A DNA stretch of 56,380 bases, taken from positions 1 through 56,380 of IMG/VR virus record IMGVR_UViG_3300027708_000088; one strand, 5' to 3'. The notes beneath the pieces were generated by a model. The model was not told the origin of the DNA. It made no database searches and saw only the letters and a program-made list of their open reading frames with translations. Positions 27,871 to 36,719 of this stretch are shown here, piece after piece. How positions within the stretch are numbered: position 1 is the first letter of the stretch; each line of letters begins with the position of its first letter. The translations under genes were made by a program, and so were the position numbers. This stretch comes from a virus (taxonomy: Duplodnaviria; Caudoviricetes).

Positions 27871-29307
27871 GTGGCGTGGTCTGCATCTGACTCCCCAATG
27901 GAAACGGTGGCAGGCGCTGGCTGGTTTAACACCGATTCGGCTTCCTCGACGGTTGCCGGCCAAGGCTGGTTTTTCATCCCGCAGATCGACATTGAAATGG
28001 CGTTAAGTTCTCTCGGGTTGTTGTCTGCCGGATTGACCACCAGTTCGGTGCCTGCCCTATCCGGTGTAGGTGTGTTGTCCGCTTTAACCACAACTAAGTT
28101 CAATTCCGATTTCTCTGTGACTGGTGTGCTGGCGGCGGGATTGAGTGCAGCCCAAGCGGCGGCATTGTCCGCTTCCGGCCAATTGTCTGCGGTTTTCAGG
28201 GTTGCACAATCAAGCTCTGGAACGGGTTCGGGTTCATTGACGGCGACGTTCTTCCCAGTTCAGGCTTTGGTTGAGGCATTGTCCGCGACGGGTTCGCTGA
28301 CGGCGACATCAAACACCACATCGTTGTCGAGCCTGTCGGGAAGTGGCGCTTTGATTGCTGTCCAGGCGGCGGGTTTAGCGTCGGCGTTTTCCGGTTCGGG
28401 TTCTTTGAATTCTTTGATTCGACCTGCCTACGGCGAGGCGTTGACTGCCAGTGGATCATTAAACGCCTCTCAGGTCACTTCTGCGGCTGCTTCGCTGTCA
28501 GGTAGTGGTGTTTTGACGGCGATCACTAAAACGGCTTTGGTGGCCGCGTTGAGCGGTTCGGGGACACTGTCAGCCTCGCAGGCATCAGGATTGATCGAAG
28601 CGTTTTCTGCGGTAGGGGTCTTGTCCTCTTCGCAAGCGTCGGCAATACCGGAAACTTTGGCCGGCTCGGGCGCGTTGTTGGCAACGATCCGCGCGGCACA
28701 ACTCCTTCCGGCTTCCTTCTCCGGTACGGGAACACTGACCGCTACTGCGGCCTTCCCAGCCACAGCCGCAGTGCTGACCACTTTTTCGACGGCGGGTAGT
28801 TTTTCTTACACGATCCCGTGGTGGGCTAACAAAGTTGACGTTATCGTCTTAGGTGGCGGCAAGGGTGGATGCGCTGGCGGTTCGCTTGCGCGTAAGGGCG
28901 GCGGCGGCGGCAAGGGAAGCTACGCTTCAGCCACGCTGACTCGCGGCGTAGATGTTGGGTTCGGTGTCACCTCTATCACCGGAACTGTGGGTGCAGGTAG
29001 TGCCGGTGGCACAGGTGGAAATTTAACCCCTTCCGGCAACGGAACCGCATCTACGGCTGCCGCTACAGGCTGGGTCGGTATCAGCGGTGCGGGTGGCACT
29101 GTCGATTTCACTGGCACCACCAATGACGGCGAAGCTGCCGGGAACCTGAGCGTCAACTCGCAAACCTATGTTGGCGGTGCCGCCGCGACAGCTTTAGGTC
29201 AGGCCGGTAATGCTCCTGGTGGCGGTGGCGCTGGAGCGAACTCCCCTGCGGGAACACCTGGCGGTGCGGGAGCCACAGGGCGCGTCTGGATATACGCCTA
29301 CCAATAA
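27871..29307 (+). CDS. Minor tail protein with (L)SGSG.L repeats and Gly-rich C-terminal domain
   Basis: About 19-aa periodic LSGSGxL repeats; YTIPWWANKVDVIVLGGG domain. Confidence 0.8.
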   Translation: MAWSASDSPMETVAGAGWFNTDSASSTVAGQGWFFIPQIDIEMALSSLGLLSAGLTTSSVPALSGVGVLSALTTTKFNSDFSVTGVLAAGLSAAQAAALSASGQLSAVFRVAQSSSGTGSGSLTATFFPVQALVEALSATGSLTATSNTTSLSSLSGSGALIAVQAAGLASAFSGSGSLNSLIRPAYGEALTASGSLNASQVTSAAASLSGSGVLTAITKTALVAALSGSGTLSASQASGLIEAFSAVGVLSSSQASAIPETLAGSGALLATIRAAQLLPASFSGTGTLTATAAFPATAAVLTTFSTAGSFSYTIPWWANKVDVIVLGGGKGGCAGGSLARKGGGGGKGSYASATLTRGVDVGFGVTSITGTVGAGSAGGTGGNLTPSGNGTASTAAATGWVGISGAGGTVDFTGTTNDGEAAGNLSVNSQTYVGGAAATALGQAGNAPGGGGAGANSPAGTPGGAGATGRVWIYAYQ

Positions 29308-29343
29308 CAACGAAAACATTTAACAACTGAAAGACAATTAAAT

Positions 29344-29700
29344 ATGGCAATGTCAGTAGTGACAAGCAAAAACACAATGGCAACCTATTACGGTACGCAA
29401 GCCACACAGATTGGCCTTGCCACTGCCGCCCAGTCAACTACGTCAACAATTACCAATGAGGTTACGGGCGGTTCCCCGGCATATGCGCGTGTCGCAACCA
29501 CTTGGGGTGGCGCATCTAGCAGCGCAATTACCGGCACGTCGGTCACTATTAACATTCCGACCACAACTACTGTTACTCATGCGTTGCTTTGCACTGCCGC
29601 TACCGGAGCTAGCACTTTGTTTGATTGGTGTCAGGTGACTTCGACTACCTATAACGCGCAGGGTTCCGCAATTATCACTCCTACGTTCACAATGTCCTAA
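29344..29700 (+). CDS. Small tail-fibre-associated protein
   Basis: NEVTGGSPAYARV.TTWG motif. Confidence 0.7.
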   Translation: MAMSVVTSKNTMATYYGTQATQIGLATAAQSTTSTITNEVTGGSPAYARVATTWGGASSSAITGTSVTINIPTTTTVTHALLCTAATGASTLFDWCQVTSTTYNAQGSAIITPTFTMS

Positions 29701-30054
29701 ATGATTACCGGGGAAGGTGTTTTTGGGGCAGTCATTTGGCCGTCATTTGTTGGGGCGTGTACGGAAGACCCTGGCGGCGGTTTAGTTGCTTATGGGGAAC
29801 CGGAGGACGTTTCGTATTCTCGCGGCGGCATTGTGTGGGGCATGGACAACGGCGAGATCGTTGGCAGGGCATTGGTGAATTTGCCGGCGGGAACATACAC
29901 GCATCTAGCGTATTTTCATGGCCCTGAAGGGCCACGCATGGGCGGCAAAATGCAGCTACCGCATCCGCTGGTCTTTCCAACAGACGGTGTATTGGAAGTG
30001 TATCCAATCACCAATCCAAACTTAGAATTAAACACAAAGCAGGGGTGTCAATAA
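29701..30054 (+). CDS. Hypothetical protein (tail region)
   Basis: YSRG.I.W and VNLPAGTYTH motifs; TAAATG junction with previous gene. Confidence 0.6.
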   Translation: MITGEGVFGAVIWPSFVGACTEDPGGGLVAYGEPEDVSYSRGGIVWGMDNGEIVGRALVNLPAGTYTHLAYFHGPEGPRMGGKMQLPHPLVFPTDGVLEVYPITNPNLELNTKQGCQ

Positions 30055-30055
30055 G

Positions 30056-30814
30056 ATGTTGATGAAACCCGACTTCAATGAGTATTGGGTGAAGTCGCCT
30101 AGCTGCCATGCGCGCGGGAACACTAAAGTTGATTTGTTTTTACTACACACACAAGAAGGGGCAGGAAACGCGGCATCTTTGGCGCAATTCCTAGCCACTC
30201 CAAGTAATCAAGTTTCATATCACTACACTGTTTCCCAAGATTCCCGAGATAATGGTGTCACGGTTTGCGATGTTGTGGACACTGATTATGCCTCTTGGTC
30301 TTGCCTTTCGGCTAATAATCGGTCAATCAATTTGTGTTTCGCCGGGTCGAGTGTGAATTGGTCAAGGGATCAGTGGTTGCAGCAGTCTAGGGCACTAGAC
30401 GTTGCAGCATATATCGCCGTTCAGGATTGTAAGAAGTATGGCATTGCTTTGAAGGTTTTGTCGCCGCCCTACAATTCTGCGCCGCCCGGTATTTCGGATC
30501 ACAAATATGTGACTGAGTATTTGGGTGACGGGACGCACAGCGATGTGGGGGCATTCTTCCCGTGGGATGTTTTTACCGCCAATATTGTGAAGTGGTCTTT
30601 GGCTATTTCGCAGCCTAGTCCCGCACCTGTGGCACCTGTGGCTGCTCCGATTGCGCCGCCGGCCAAGCCACTACCAAAGCCTGTCGGGCCAGCCAATGAC
30701 CAGTTGACGTTGCGCTGGAACTGCCTGGGCGGTCAAACCGTAGTCGAGGCACTAGCTGAAATCAGGGACCACATCAAGGGCACTTCTGACCGCACAAAGA
30801 CCGGGGCTAGCTAA
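30056..30814 (+). CDS. lysA: Lysin A, N-acetylmuramoyl-L-alanine amidase
   Basis: Zn-amidase motifs LLHTQEG, VSYHY, SINLCFAG, HSDVG..FPWD; Pro linker; C-terminal W.CLGGQTVVEAL cell-wall-binding motif. Confidence 0.9.
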   Translation: MLMKPDFNEYWVKSPSCHARGNTKVDLFLLHTQEGAGNAASLAQFLATPSNQVSYHYTVSQDSRDNGVTVCDVVDTDYASWSCLSANNRSINLCFAGSSVNWSRDQWLQQSRALDVAAYIAVQDCKKYGIALKVLSPPYNSAPPGISDHKYVTEYLGDGTHSDVGAFFPWDVFTANIVKWSLAISQPSPAPVAPVAAPIAPPAKPLPKPVGPANDQLTLRWNCLGGQTVVEALAEIRDHIKGTSDRTKTGAS

Positions 30815-31825
30815 ATGAGCAAATGGGTGGGCTGGCAGGTAGGAATGTCAGGACCGACAGTGCGGGACGCTAAACGGAAACTGAAACAAAAGTTTTCGTA
30901 TTGCAAGCAGCTAGATGACACTGAGTATTACGGCGAGGATGTTCGGGCTGCTGTCGCGGAATATCAGAAACGCAAGAATGCCACCAACAATTTGGGGCTT
31001 CGCACCGATGGCGTATTGGATTGGGCGACACAGATTGCCCTTGGGGTTCTCAACCCTAACCCTCCCGCTAAGGCACCGCAAAAGGGTGTCATTCTGACCG
31101 TTCAGGGCACTTACGTCGATATGTGGACCGGGCCACCCGCCGACACTGCCAGGGCTGTGTCAGACCTGTTTTATTGGCAGCCCGTAGGCAACTATCCAGC
31201 CGCCGCCTTTCCTATGAAACCCAGCTATAACCAAGGCATTGAGGAATTGGTTATTCAGTGCCGTAAGCACGCCGGTAAACCGAAAGTGCTTGCAGGGTAC
31301 TCCCAAGGGGCGATTTGTGTTTCGCGGACTTTGAAGCATGAAGTTTTGAATCCGGCTGGCCGTCTGCATGATCTGCGGGATGAGTTTGTTGGCGGTCTAA
31401 CGTGGGGTAACCCTGACCGTGAGCTTGGTGTGGCGCACGGCAACACTGCGGCCGGCTGGGTTGTGCCCGAGGGGCGCGGCGCAAGCGATGACCGCTTGGA
31501 AGGAACACCGTCTTGGTGGTTGGACTTCGCGCACGGCGCTAACTCGACGTGGGGCCGTGACCTTTACACCGACACGCCAGCAGATAAGACTGGCGACGAT
31601 GTCACCACCATTTGGCACCTGATCGAAAACGTGACCGGAAATTCGATTTTCGGATTGATGGAACGTCTTCTAGAGGTTGTGCAGAAGCCAGTCCAAGAAA
31701 TCGTTCCGCTATTCAGGGCTGTCCTTTATGCGGGGATGTTCTTTGCGTCTGGTACGGGGCCGCACGTCAACTATGACATTGACCCGGCGATTCGGCATCT
31801 TCGTTCGCTCGGCCAAGCCCTTTAA
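30815..31825 (+). CDS. lysB: Lysin B (mycolylarabinogalactan esterase)
   Basis: N-terminal PG-binding-like domain (EYQKR...LRTDGVLDWAT), GYSQG nucleophile, WGNP, DLY, GPHVNY. Confidence 0.92.
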   Translation: MSKWVGWQVGMSGPTVRDAKRKLKQKFSYCKQLDDTEYYGEDVRAAVAEYQKRKNATNNLGLRTDGVLDWATQIALGVLNPNPPAKAPQKGVILTVQGTYVDMWTGPPADTARAVSDLFYWQPVGNYPAAAFPMKPSYNQGIEELVIQCRKHAGKPKVLAGYSQGAICVSRTLKHEVLNPAGRLHDLRDEFVGGLTWGNPDRELGVAHGNTAAGWVVPEGRGASDDRLEGTPSWWLDFAHGANSTWGRDLYTDTPADKTGDDVTTIWHLIENVTGNSIFGLMERLLEVVQKPVQEIVPLFRAVLYAGMFFASGTGPHVNYDIDPAIRHLRSLGQAL

Positions 31826-31841
31826 CTGTTAGGAGCTTTTC

Positions 31842-32126
31842 ATGCTTTTTAATTCAACTTTCCTGCGGGATGCAGCGACGAGGGCGGTTCGGAGTTTCGC
31901 TCAAACCTTAGCGGCGGCGCTTGGCGGCAGCGCCCTGAATGTGTGGTCTGCCGGCTGGCATCAGAGTGTCGGGCTGGCGGCAGGATCGGCGCTGCTGGCA
32001 CTTTTGATGGCTGTCGATAGGGCAACGGCAAGTGTTGTTGCACCTACCGTTCAAGCCGTTCCGGCGGCGTTCGTTGCGCCGGCCGCTACCGCACCTGTCA
32101 CCGCTTGCGGCGACAGTCTGAGGTAG
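31842..32126 (+). CDS. Holin (r1t-like)
   Basis: FLRDAATRAVRSFAQTL motif, two hydrophobic segments, follows lysins. Confidence 0.85.
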   Translation: MLFNSTFLRDAATRAVRSFAQTLAAALGGSALNVWSAGWHQSVGLAAGSALLALLMAVDRATASVVAPTVQAVPAAFVAPAATAPVTACGDSLR

Positions 32127-32136
32127 GGGAAGTGAG

Positions 32137-32574
32137 GTGACAGATTTTACCGATTCCTTTTGGAATGCCATACCGCATTGGATGGCTGGGGCAATCGCAA
32201 TCATCGTGTTCCTGGTGTATTTGGCGACGAGGCTCGCGGGTGTCCATGAGGGCATCACAGCGATCTGGCCGAAAATCACGGGATTGCTCACCAAAGGTGA
32301 TCGGGACAGAAACAAAGCCGTGGACTATCAGATCGCAGACCTATGGCGGCAAGTCAACTTTTTAGAGGAACAGTTGGCCGAGTTACGTCTGCGTGACGAA
32401 ATGTATTGGAGTTGGATTCTCACCGACCAAGAGTGGCATCGAACTTACGAGTTCAAGGCTGCCCAATTCGGTTGGGAAACAATCCCTCACACAAGTTTCA
32501 TGGAGTTCAGGGATCAATGGATGTCGCAGCGGCTTGGCCGGCGACCGGGAAACAACCAGGAAAGAGCATTTTGA
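32137..32574 (+). CDS. Lysis-cassette membrane protein (TM plus coiled coil)
   Basis: N-terminal TM helix, LWRQVNFLEEQLAELRL coiled coil. Confidence 0.7.
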   Translation: MTDFTDSFWNAIPHWMAGAIAIIVFLVYLATRLAGVHEGITAIWPKITGLLTKGDRDRNKAVDYQIADLWRQVNFLEEQLAELRLRDEMYWSWILTDQEWHRTYEFKAAQFGWETIPHTSFMEFRDQWMSQRLGRRPGNNQERAF

Positions 32575-32846
32575 ACATCACCGTTTACTCACTACCGGAG
32601 AACCAGTGCCCTCAGTGTAAGTACACAAAGCGGAAGCTGGACGAGTTGGGATTGCATTACGAGGTAGTGGAGGTCAGTGATGATCCTGCTGCCGTGAAGT
32701 TGATTAGAGAGATGGGGTTCAGTTCGGCCCCTGTTGTGGTAGTGGATTTTGGTGATGATGCGTCTTGGTCTTGGCAGGGTTTCAGCCCTAGTCGGATTGA
32801 GCAGATGGTGGCGCGGCTGGATGAGGTTTCCGCGCTTGCCAGTTAA
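32571..32846 (+). CDS. nrdH: NrdH-like glutaredoxin
   Basis: ITVYS..CPQC..TKR.L, GFSSAPVV, WQGFSP; TTG start overlapping previous stop. Confidence 0.9.
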   Translation: MNITVYSLPENQCPQCKYTKRKLDELGLHYEVVEVSDDPAAVKLIREMGFSSAPVVVVDFGDDASWSWQGFSPSRIEQMVARLDEVSALAS

Positions 32847-32863
32847 GTAGGTAGAAAAGAGCC

Positions 32864-32921
32864 GCCCCAGGCGCTCCCCCCCTTCCGTTCCCCGAGGGTG
32901 GTCGAGCGCCTGGGGCTTTTT
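32864..32921 (+). terminator. Intrinsic terminator ending the late operon
   Basis: GCCCCAGGCGCTC / GAGCGCCTGGGGC 13-bp stem followed by TTTTT. Confidence 0.8.
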
Positions 32922-33003
32922 CTGCTTTTATCGGCCAGCACCTTTACACATATCGGGCCAAGGCTCCTTGTACTAGGTGTAGGGAAAAACGAGAGAAGGA
33001 GGA

Positions 33004-33429
33004 GTGGTGAGTCAAGAGGCTTATCTGCCGTGCTTTAAGTGCGGCAGGGTCATGCTGAATGTCTGCGTAGAGGCAGACAACCAGCCTAGTGAGGGCACTG
33101 AGTTCCGCACAGAGGGGCACTACGGTTCGACGTTTTGGGACTCGTTTGACGGCGAGGAACTGGTGCTTAACATTTGCGACAAGTGTCTGCGGGAGCATTG
33201 TGACCGTTTGGGCCAGCAGAAGCGGTGGCTGCCTGTGCGGTGCGAGGGCATGCAGGGTTTCGGCCGGCAGTGGGTTGAGCGCCCGTTGGTTGCCTACACC
33301 GGCAACGCCGATAAGTCGGAACTGGTTGTGGAGGTTGACGATCTTGGTACTAGCGTCCCTGGCCCGTGGATTGAGTGGGTGGCTGATATTGGGGAGAGGC
33401 GGCAGGCGCTGGAGGATCAGATCGGCTAG
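33004..33429 (+). CDS. Hypothetical protein (CxxC motifs)
   Basis: Strong AAGGAGGAG RBS; PCFKCG and ICDKC, GHYGSTFWD motif. Confidence 0.7.
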   Translation: MVSQEAYLPCFKCGRVMLNVCVEADNQPSEGTEFRTEGHYGSTFWDSFDGEELVLNICDKCLREHCDRLGQQKRWLPVRCEGMQGFGRQWVERPLVAYTGNADKSELVVEVDDLGTSVPGPWIEWVADIGERRQALEDQIG

Positions 33430-33441
33430 CATCGTGTCGCC

Positions 33442-33513
33442 GCCTCCGTAGCTCAGTGGTAGAGCTATCGACTTTTAATCGACAGGTCGCAGGTTCGATC
33501 CCTGCCGGGGGCA
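33442..33513 (+). tRNA. tRNA-Lys (anticodon UUU)
   Basis: Cloverleaf: acceptor GCCTCCG/CGGGGGC, D arm GCTC-AGTGGTA-GAGC, anticodon loop CTTTTAA, T arm GCAGG-TTCGATC-CCTGC; no encoded CCA. Confidence 0.92.
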
Positions 33514-33514
33514 C

Positions 33515-33991
33515 CTACTGTTCGTCGCGCTGCCAAAAGGTTGACCACCGGACTTGTCTGTAAATATTGCCGTCGAAGTCCTCAGTTAGGCGAGTTTCCA
33601 AGCCTAGGCCAAGTTTTTGATACAGAACTTCGGACAGGTGCTGCGACAGGGTCACATCTTCGTCGTCATAGTCGAGGGCATCGTAGATGATCGCGGCAAT
33701 GCGGTTGCGGAGAACATCCCTATCCATCTCGTCCTTAATGCGATCAATACGCTCACGGTTACCGGGCCGCTTCCTACGTTGCCCGTCAAGGTCAAGCATT
33801 GTCGGACTTTGCGGCAAATCCACGCGCAACCCTGCGGCAGACTCACAACCATAACCGTCAAGATATTTGTCGTGGCTCTCGCGGTGCCGCACCACAAACT
33901 GCTGCACCTGATCACATGTGCAGTCCGGTGAATGGTGGAAGTCGAAGGTGCAGCGACATTCGGCGCAGTAGTAGGAATGTGGATCGGTCAT
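33515..33991 (-). CDS. Hypothetical protein (Cys/His-rich N-terminus)
   Basis: Last gene of leftward operon; ATGA overlap with upstream ORF. Confidence 0.6.
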   Translation of the reverse strand: MTDPHSYYCAECRCTFDFHHSPDCTCDQVQQFVVRHRESHDKYLDGYGCESAAGLRVDLPQSPTMLDLDGQRRKRPGNRERIDRIKDEMDRDVLRNRIAAIIYDALDYDDEDVTLSQHLSEVLYQKLGLGLETRLTEDFDGNIYRQVRWSTFWQRDEQ

Positions 33992-34236
33992 TGGCAGTCT
34001 TTACACGCGCACGGTCTATGCCCTTTGGGAGTGATTGAGGCCATGATGGATTGGATCAAGGTGCCTTTGATTCCCATGTCGATGATCATGTCGATGATTT
34101 TGTCGGATTGCCGCCATGCGGTTGCGCGTGTAGCCATTCCGAAAGCGTCCCGCATGATGATGTCAGCTATGAGAGCGCGCAGGTCGGTAGGTGTATCGGA
34201 TTCTGTCACGGTACGATTTGCGTCCGAGTGATTCAT
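33988..34236 (-). CDS. Hypothetical protein
   Basis: AAAGGAA RBS; 4-nt overlaps on both sides. Confidence 0.6.
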   Translation of the reverse strand: MNHSDANRTVTESDTPTDLRALIADIIMRDAFGMATRATAWRQSDKIIDMIIDMGIKGTLIQSIMASITPKGHRPCACKDCQ

Positions 34237-34442
34237 CGTGAGATTCCTTTCTTGCGTTGTTGGAAGTCAACGATGCCATCCCATTTGGTTCCGCAGCCGG
34301 CGCGACAGCACCACTTGCCCTCGTCGCCGTATTCAAAGGTCAACATCCAGACCCCTTGATCGTGTGGACAGCAGTCGGGGCATGGCTGGGCGTGGACATC
34401 ATCGTATTGCCACACTCCGGTGCCGCCGCAGCGATCAGTCAT
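34233..34442 (-). CDS. Small Cys-rich hypothetical protein
   Basis: MTDRCGGTG...CPDCCPH...CCRAGCG; AAGGAA RBS, ATGA overlap. Confidence 0.6.
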   Translation of the reverse strand: MTDRCGGTGVWQYDDVHAQPCPDCCPHDQGVWMLTFEYGDEGKWCCRAGCGTKWDGIVDFQQRKKGISR

Positions 34443-34630
34443 ACAGTTCCTTGCTTCCTGGCTTGACTGCACACGGTCATTTTTGCGGTTTCCAGCAGCC
34501 CGAGTACCTCGACGGTTGACCATTCTGGTGGTAGCTCAATTTTGACGGCGAGCTTGCCGTGCTGGTTGATGAAACGAGAGATGACAATTCTTATCGTGGT
34601 GATTTCGTCATGTTCATCGGTGTCTGTCAT
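34439..34630 (-). CDS. Hypothetical protein
   Basis: MTDTDEHDEITTIRI...EVLGLLETAK; overlaps next gene. Confidence 0.6.
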   Translation of the reverse strand: MTDTDEHDEITTIRIVISRFINQHGKLAVKIELPPEWSTVEVLGLLETAKMTVCSQARKQGTV

Positions 34631-34741
34631 TTTTGTACTGCGGGTGTTGTGTTGCGGTACACATCCCAAAAGAGGGCGCGTTGCGGCTTGTGGCCGGCGG
34701 TTGGCTGAGTATCTTTTGGCGGCTCAGGGTCAGTCTTGTTA

Positions 34742-34957
34742 TCAGTCATCGTTGTCCTTCATCGTTTCCAATGTTTTGAAAAGTCCCATGACCACCTGTC
34801 CGAATTCTTCGCCGGATTGCGTGGCGTCGAGTTGCTCTGCAAGGGTCATGGGTTGTTGTGTGAATCCCATGCAGCGGCACCGTTTTGTCGGTTCGTAGCA
34901 AGAGCCTTGGTGATCGTATTTTCGGTGGCCGCACACACACCGAGGGCTGTCGCTCAT
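34742..34957 (-). CDS. Small putative zinc-finger protein
   Basis: CVCGHRKYDHQGSCYEPTKRCRCMGF; ATGA overlap. Confidence 0.6.
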   Translation of the reverse strand: MSDSPRCVCGHRKYDHQGSCYEPTKRCRCMGFTQQPMTLAEQLDATQSGEEFGQVVMGLFKTLETMKDNDD

Positions 34958-35031
34958 CGTTTGAGCGCCGTGTGGACGATCATGCCGATCACGGTGACTA
35001 TTAGCACCATGATCCAAAGAACGGTGTGCAT
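34954..35031 (-). CDS. 25-aa single-TM microprotein (not in ORF track)
   Basis: MHTVLWIMVLIVTVIGMIVHTALKR; AAAGGAA RBS; stop overlaps next start. Confidence 0.55.
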   Translation of the reverse strand: MHTVLWIMVLIVTVIGMIVHTALKR

Positions 35032-35041
35032 GTGTGTTCCT

Positions 35042-35227
35042 TTAGGTGTTGTAGGTTTCGGTGGGTGCTGAGTGTTGCGCTGTCCAGTGCATGACGCAGT
35101 CCAAGGAACAGAAGTGTGCGAAGGAGTCTGCGCCGTGGGACAAAATGTAGAACTGCGGTTCGATGGTGGGGTGGATGCGTTGCCATGTGTTGCAGCCGTC
35201 GCGGTCGCAGTGGTAGGCGAGGCTCAC
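35042..35227 (-). CDS. Small Cys-containing hypothetical protein
   Basis: YHCDRDGC...HFCSLDCVMHW; GTGA overlap. Confidence 0.6.
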   Translation of the reverse strand: MSLAYHCDRDGCNTWQRIHPTIEPQFYILSHGADSFAHFCSLDCVMHWTAQHSAPTETYNT

Positions 35228-35592
35228 CGGGCCGCGACTTCCATGAGGATGGTTTTGGCTTCTTCGGGCCAGTAGGTTTCGGAGTCCCATGCGCCGCCGG
35301 GGCTGTCGCATTTGTACAGCCAGCATGTGATGCGTTTGCCGTCGAGGTCGAGTTGCGGTGTGGCCCAAACTGAGGACAGGAACGTGTAGTTTTCGTCTTG
35401 GCTGGGTATGCCGTCTGCGGTGTAGATGATGCCGGCTGTGTTTGACCAGTCTCCTGCGAGGCCAGCTTGGGCGACCTTGGGTTTGCGTAGGGCAATGATC
35501 TTCGCGGCGGTGATCCAGTCGAACACTTTCGGTTCTTGGTCGGCGTTTGCTTCTGACATGGCGAAGCATTCGGCGGTGCTTAATTCCCACAT
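35224..35592 (-). CDS. Hypothetical protein
   Basis: KVFDW..AAKII...AGLAGDWSNT...LSSVWATP conserved-looking phage motif; start may be 35559. Confidence 0.7.
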   Translation of the reverse strand: MWELSTAECFAMSEANADQEPKVFDWITAAKIIALRKPKVAQAGLAGDWSNTAGIIYTADGIPSQDENYTFLSSVWATPQLDLDGKRITCWLYKCDSPGGAWDSETYWPEEAKTILMEVAAR

Positions 35593-35745
35593 CTACTGTT
35601 CTCGGTTCCGTTCTTTGTTCCGTTCGTTCACATACTTGATCGCGGCGACACGGTTATTGAAGATTGCGACAGTTTGGGCTTGTTCGGGGTCGAACACTTC
35701 CCACACGGTTTCTTCGTAAAGTTTGAGGGGTCCGAGGTTTCTCAT
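35593..35745 (-). CDS. Hypothetical protein
   Basis: MRNLGPLKLYEETVWEVFD...; ATGA overlap with whiB. Confidence 0.55.
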   Translation of the reverse strand: MRNLGPLKLYEETVWEVFDPEQAQTVAIFNNRVAAIKYVNERNKERNREQ

Positions 35746-36002
35746 GCGGTGACTCGTCGCCGGGTGGTTTTGAGTCGAGCGCGCTGGCTGATTCCCATGC
35801 CGCCCCAGATTCCCCATTCGTTGTTGGCGAGCGCCCATTCCAGGCATGCGGTGCGGACGGGGCATTGCATGCAGATTTCTTTGGCTTCTTGGCCTGCTGC
35901 GGTGTCGCCGGCTTCGTCGGGGAACCAGATTTCGGGATCGTTGAACTTGCGGCAGAGAGCTTGGTCAACCCATCCGACTTGGGTTACATAGCTTTGTTTC
36001 AT
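35742..36002 (-). CDS. whiB: WhiB family transcription factor (copy 1)
   Basis: W...ALC, DPEIWFP, AKEICMQCPVRTAC, GIWGG. Confidence 0.92.
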   Translation of the reverse strand: MKQSYVTQVGWVDQALCRKFNDPEIWFPDEAGDTAAGQEAKEICMQCPVRTACLEWALANNEWGIWGGMGISQRARLKTTRRRVTA

Positions 36003-36349
36003 GCGATCCTCCTGTTTTCTGTGACTTGCCGAATGGCTTCGTTTTCGTAGCGTGGGCAGATTTGATCGACGGCGGCGAAGATGATTTCGCCTGCCTCAAA
36101 GGGTGTGAATGGTGAGCCGGGTTCTGTGATGACCGCGCCGATATCGGCAATGGTTGAGCCTTCTGAGAAGTCGGCGCAGATGGCTTGCCCGAGGTTGACC
36201 ATGAGTTGGTCGCTGATGTGGTGGTGGATTCCTACTGCGTCGAGTTCGTTTAGGTATCCGTTGGTGTCGGCGTTGGCTGGCGCGGCGAGGATCAGTGCGG
36301 CCGGCGCGGCGAGGAAAAGTTTTCCGAATTTACTGCATACGTTTGGCAT
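35999..36349 (-). CDS. DUF732-like secreted protein
   Basis: Signal peptide ending APANAD; YLNELDA.GI, G.AIC, AVDQICP; start 36349 overlaps upstream stop. Confidence 0.8.
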   Translation of the reverse strand: MPNVCSKFGKLFLAAPAALILAAPANADTNGYLNELDAVGIHHHISDQLMVNLGQAICADFSEGSTIADIGAVITEPGSPFTPFEAGEIIFAAVDQICPRYENEAIRQVTENRRIA

Positions 36350-36477
36350 CAGCGATCCCATTCCCCGGTGAAGCCGTCGCGTAACGCGCGTAGGCAGTCT
36401 TTGAGGTCTGTAAGGATTTGTTGGGCCTCGCCGGCGGCGTAACGGAGTTGATGGCTGAGGGCTTCAATCCAACTCAT
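36349..36477 (-). CDS. 42-aa hypothetical protein (not in ORF track)
   Basis: MSWIEALSHQLRYAAGEAQQ...; fills the gap with overlaps at both ends. Confidence 0.5.
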   Translation of the reverse strand: MSWIEALSHQLRYAAGEAQQILTDLKDCLRALRDGFTGEWDR

Positions 36478-36719
36478 TGGTGGATTCCGATCTCGCCCAG
36501 GATGGATTGAGTTTCGTTATCGATGCGAAGGACGGGTTTTTGCATGGCGGCGGCAACCATCTGATAGGAGCCGATGAGGTCTGACAGTTCTTCCCATTCG
36601 TCTAGTGCGCCGCCAGTGATGTAAGCGGATGGCGTGCCGTCTGGCTGGTAGTACACCTCGCCTACGGAGTGGGTTTTGCCGTCGAACAGGATGCGGTAGT
36701 TCCAGCAGCCGATGCTCAT
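36474..36719 (-). CDS. Hypothetical protein
   Basis: WNYRI...EVYY..DG.P...A..KPVL phage motif. Confidence 0.7.
   Translation of the reverse strand: MSIGCWNYRILFDGKTHSVGEVYYQPDGTPSAYITGGALDEWEELSDLIGSYQMVAAAMQKPVLRIDNETQSILGEIGIHQ

Noticed and set aside
27871-28760. LSGSGxL periodic repeats and GGC runs as novel repeats
   Set aside because: Protein-level repeats common in mycobacteriophage minor tail and Gly-rich proteins
4800-29300. Diversity-generating retroelement (TR/VR pair) suggested by the duplicated Gly-rich domain
   Set aside because: No reverse transcriptase in the window; both copies are coding and differences are mostly synonymous, not adenine-specific
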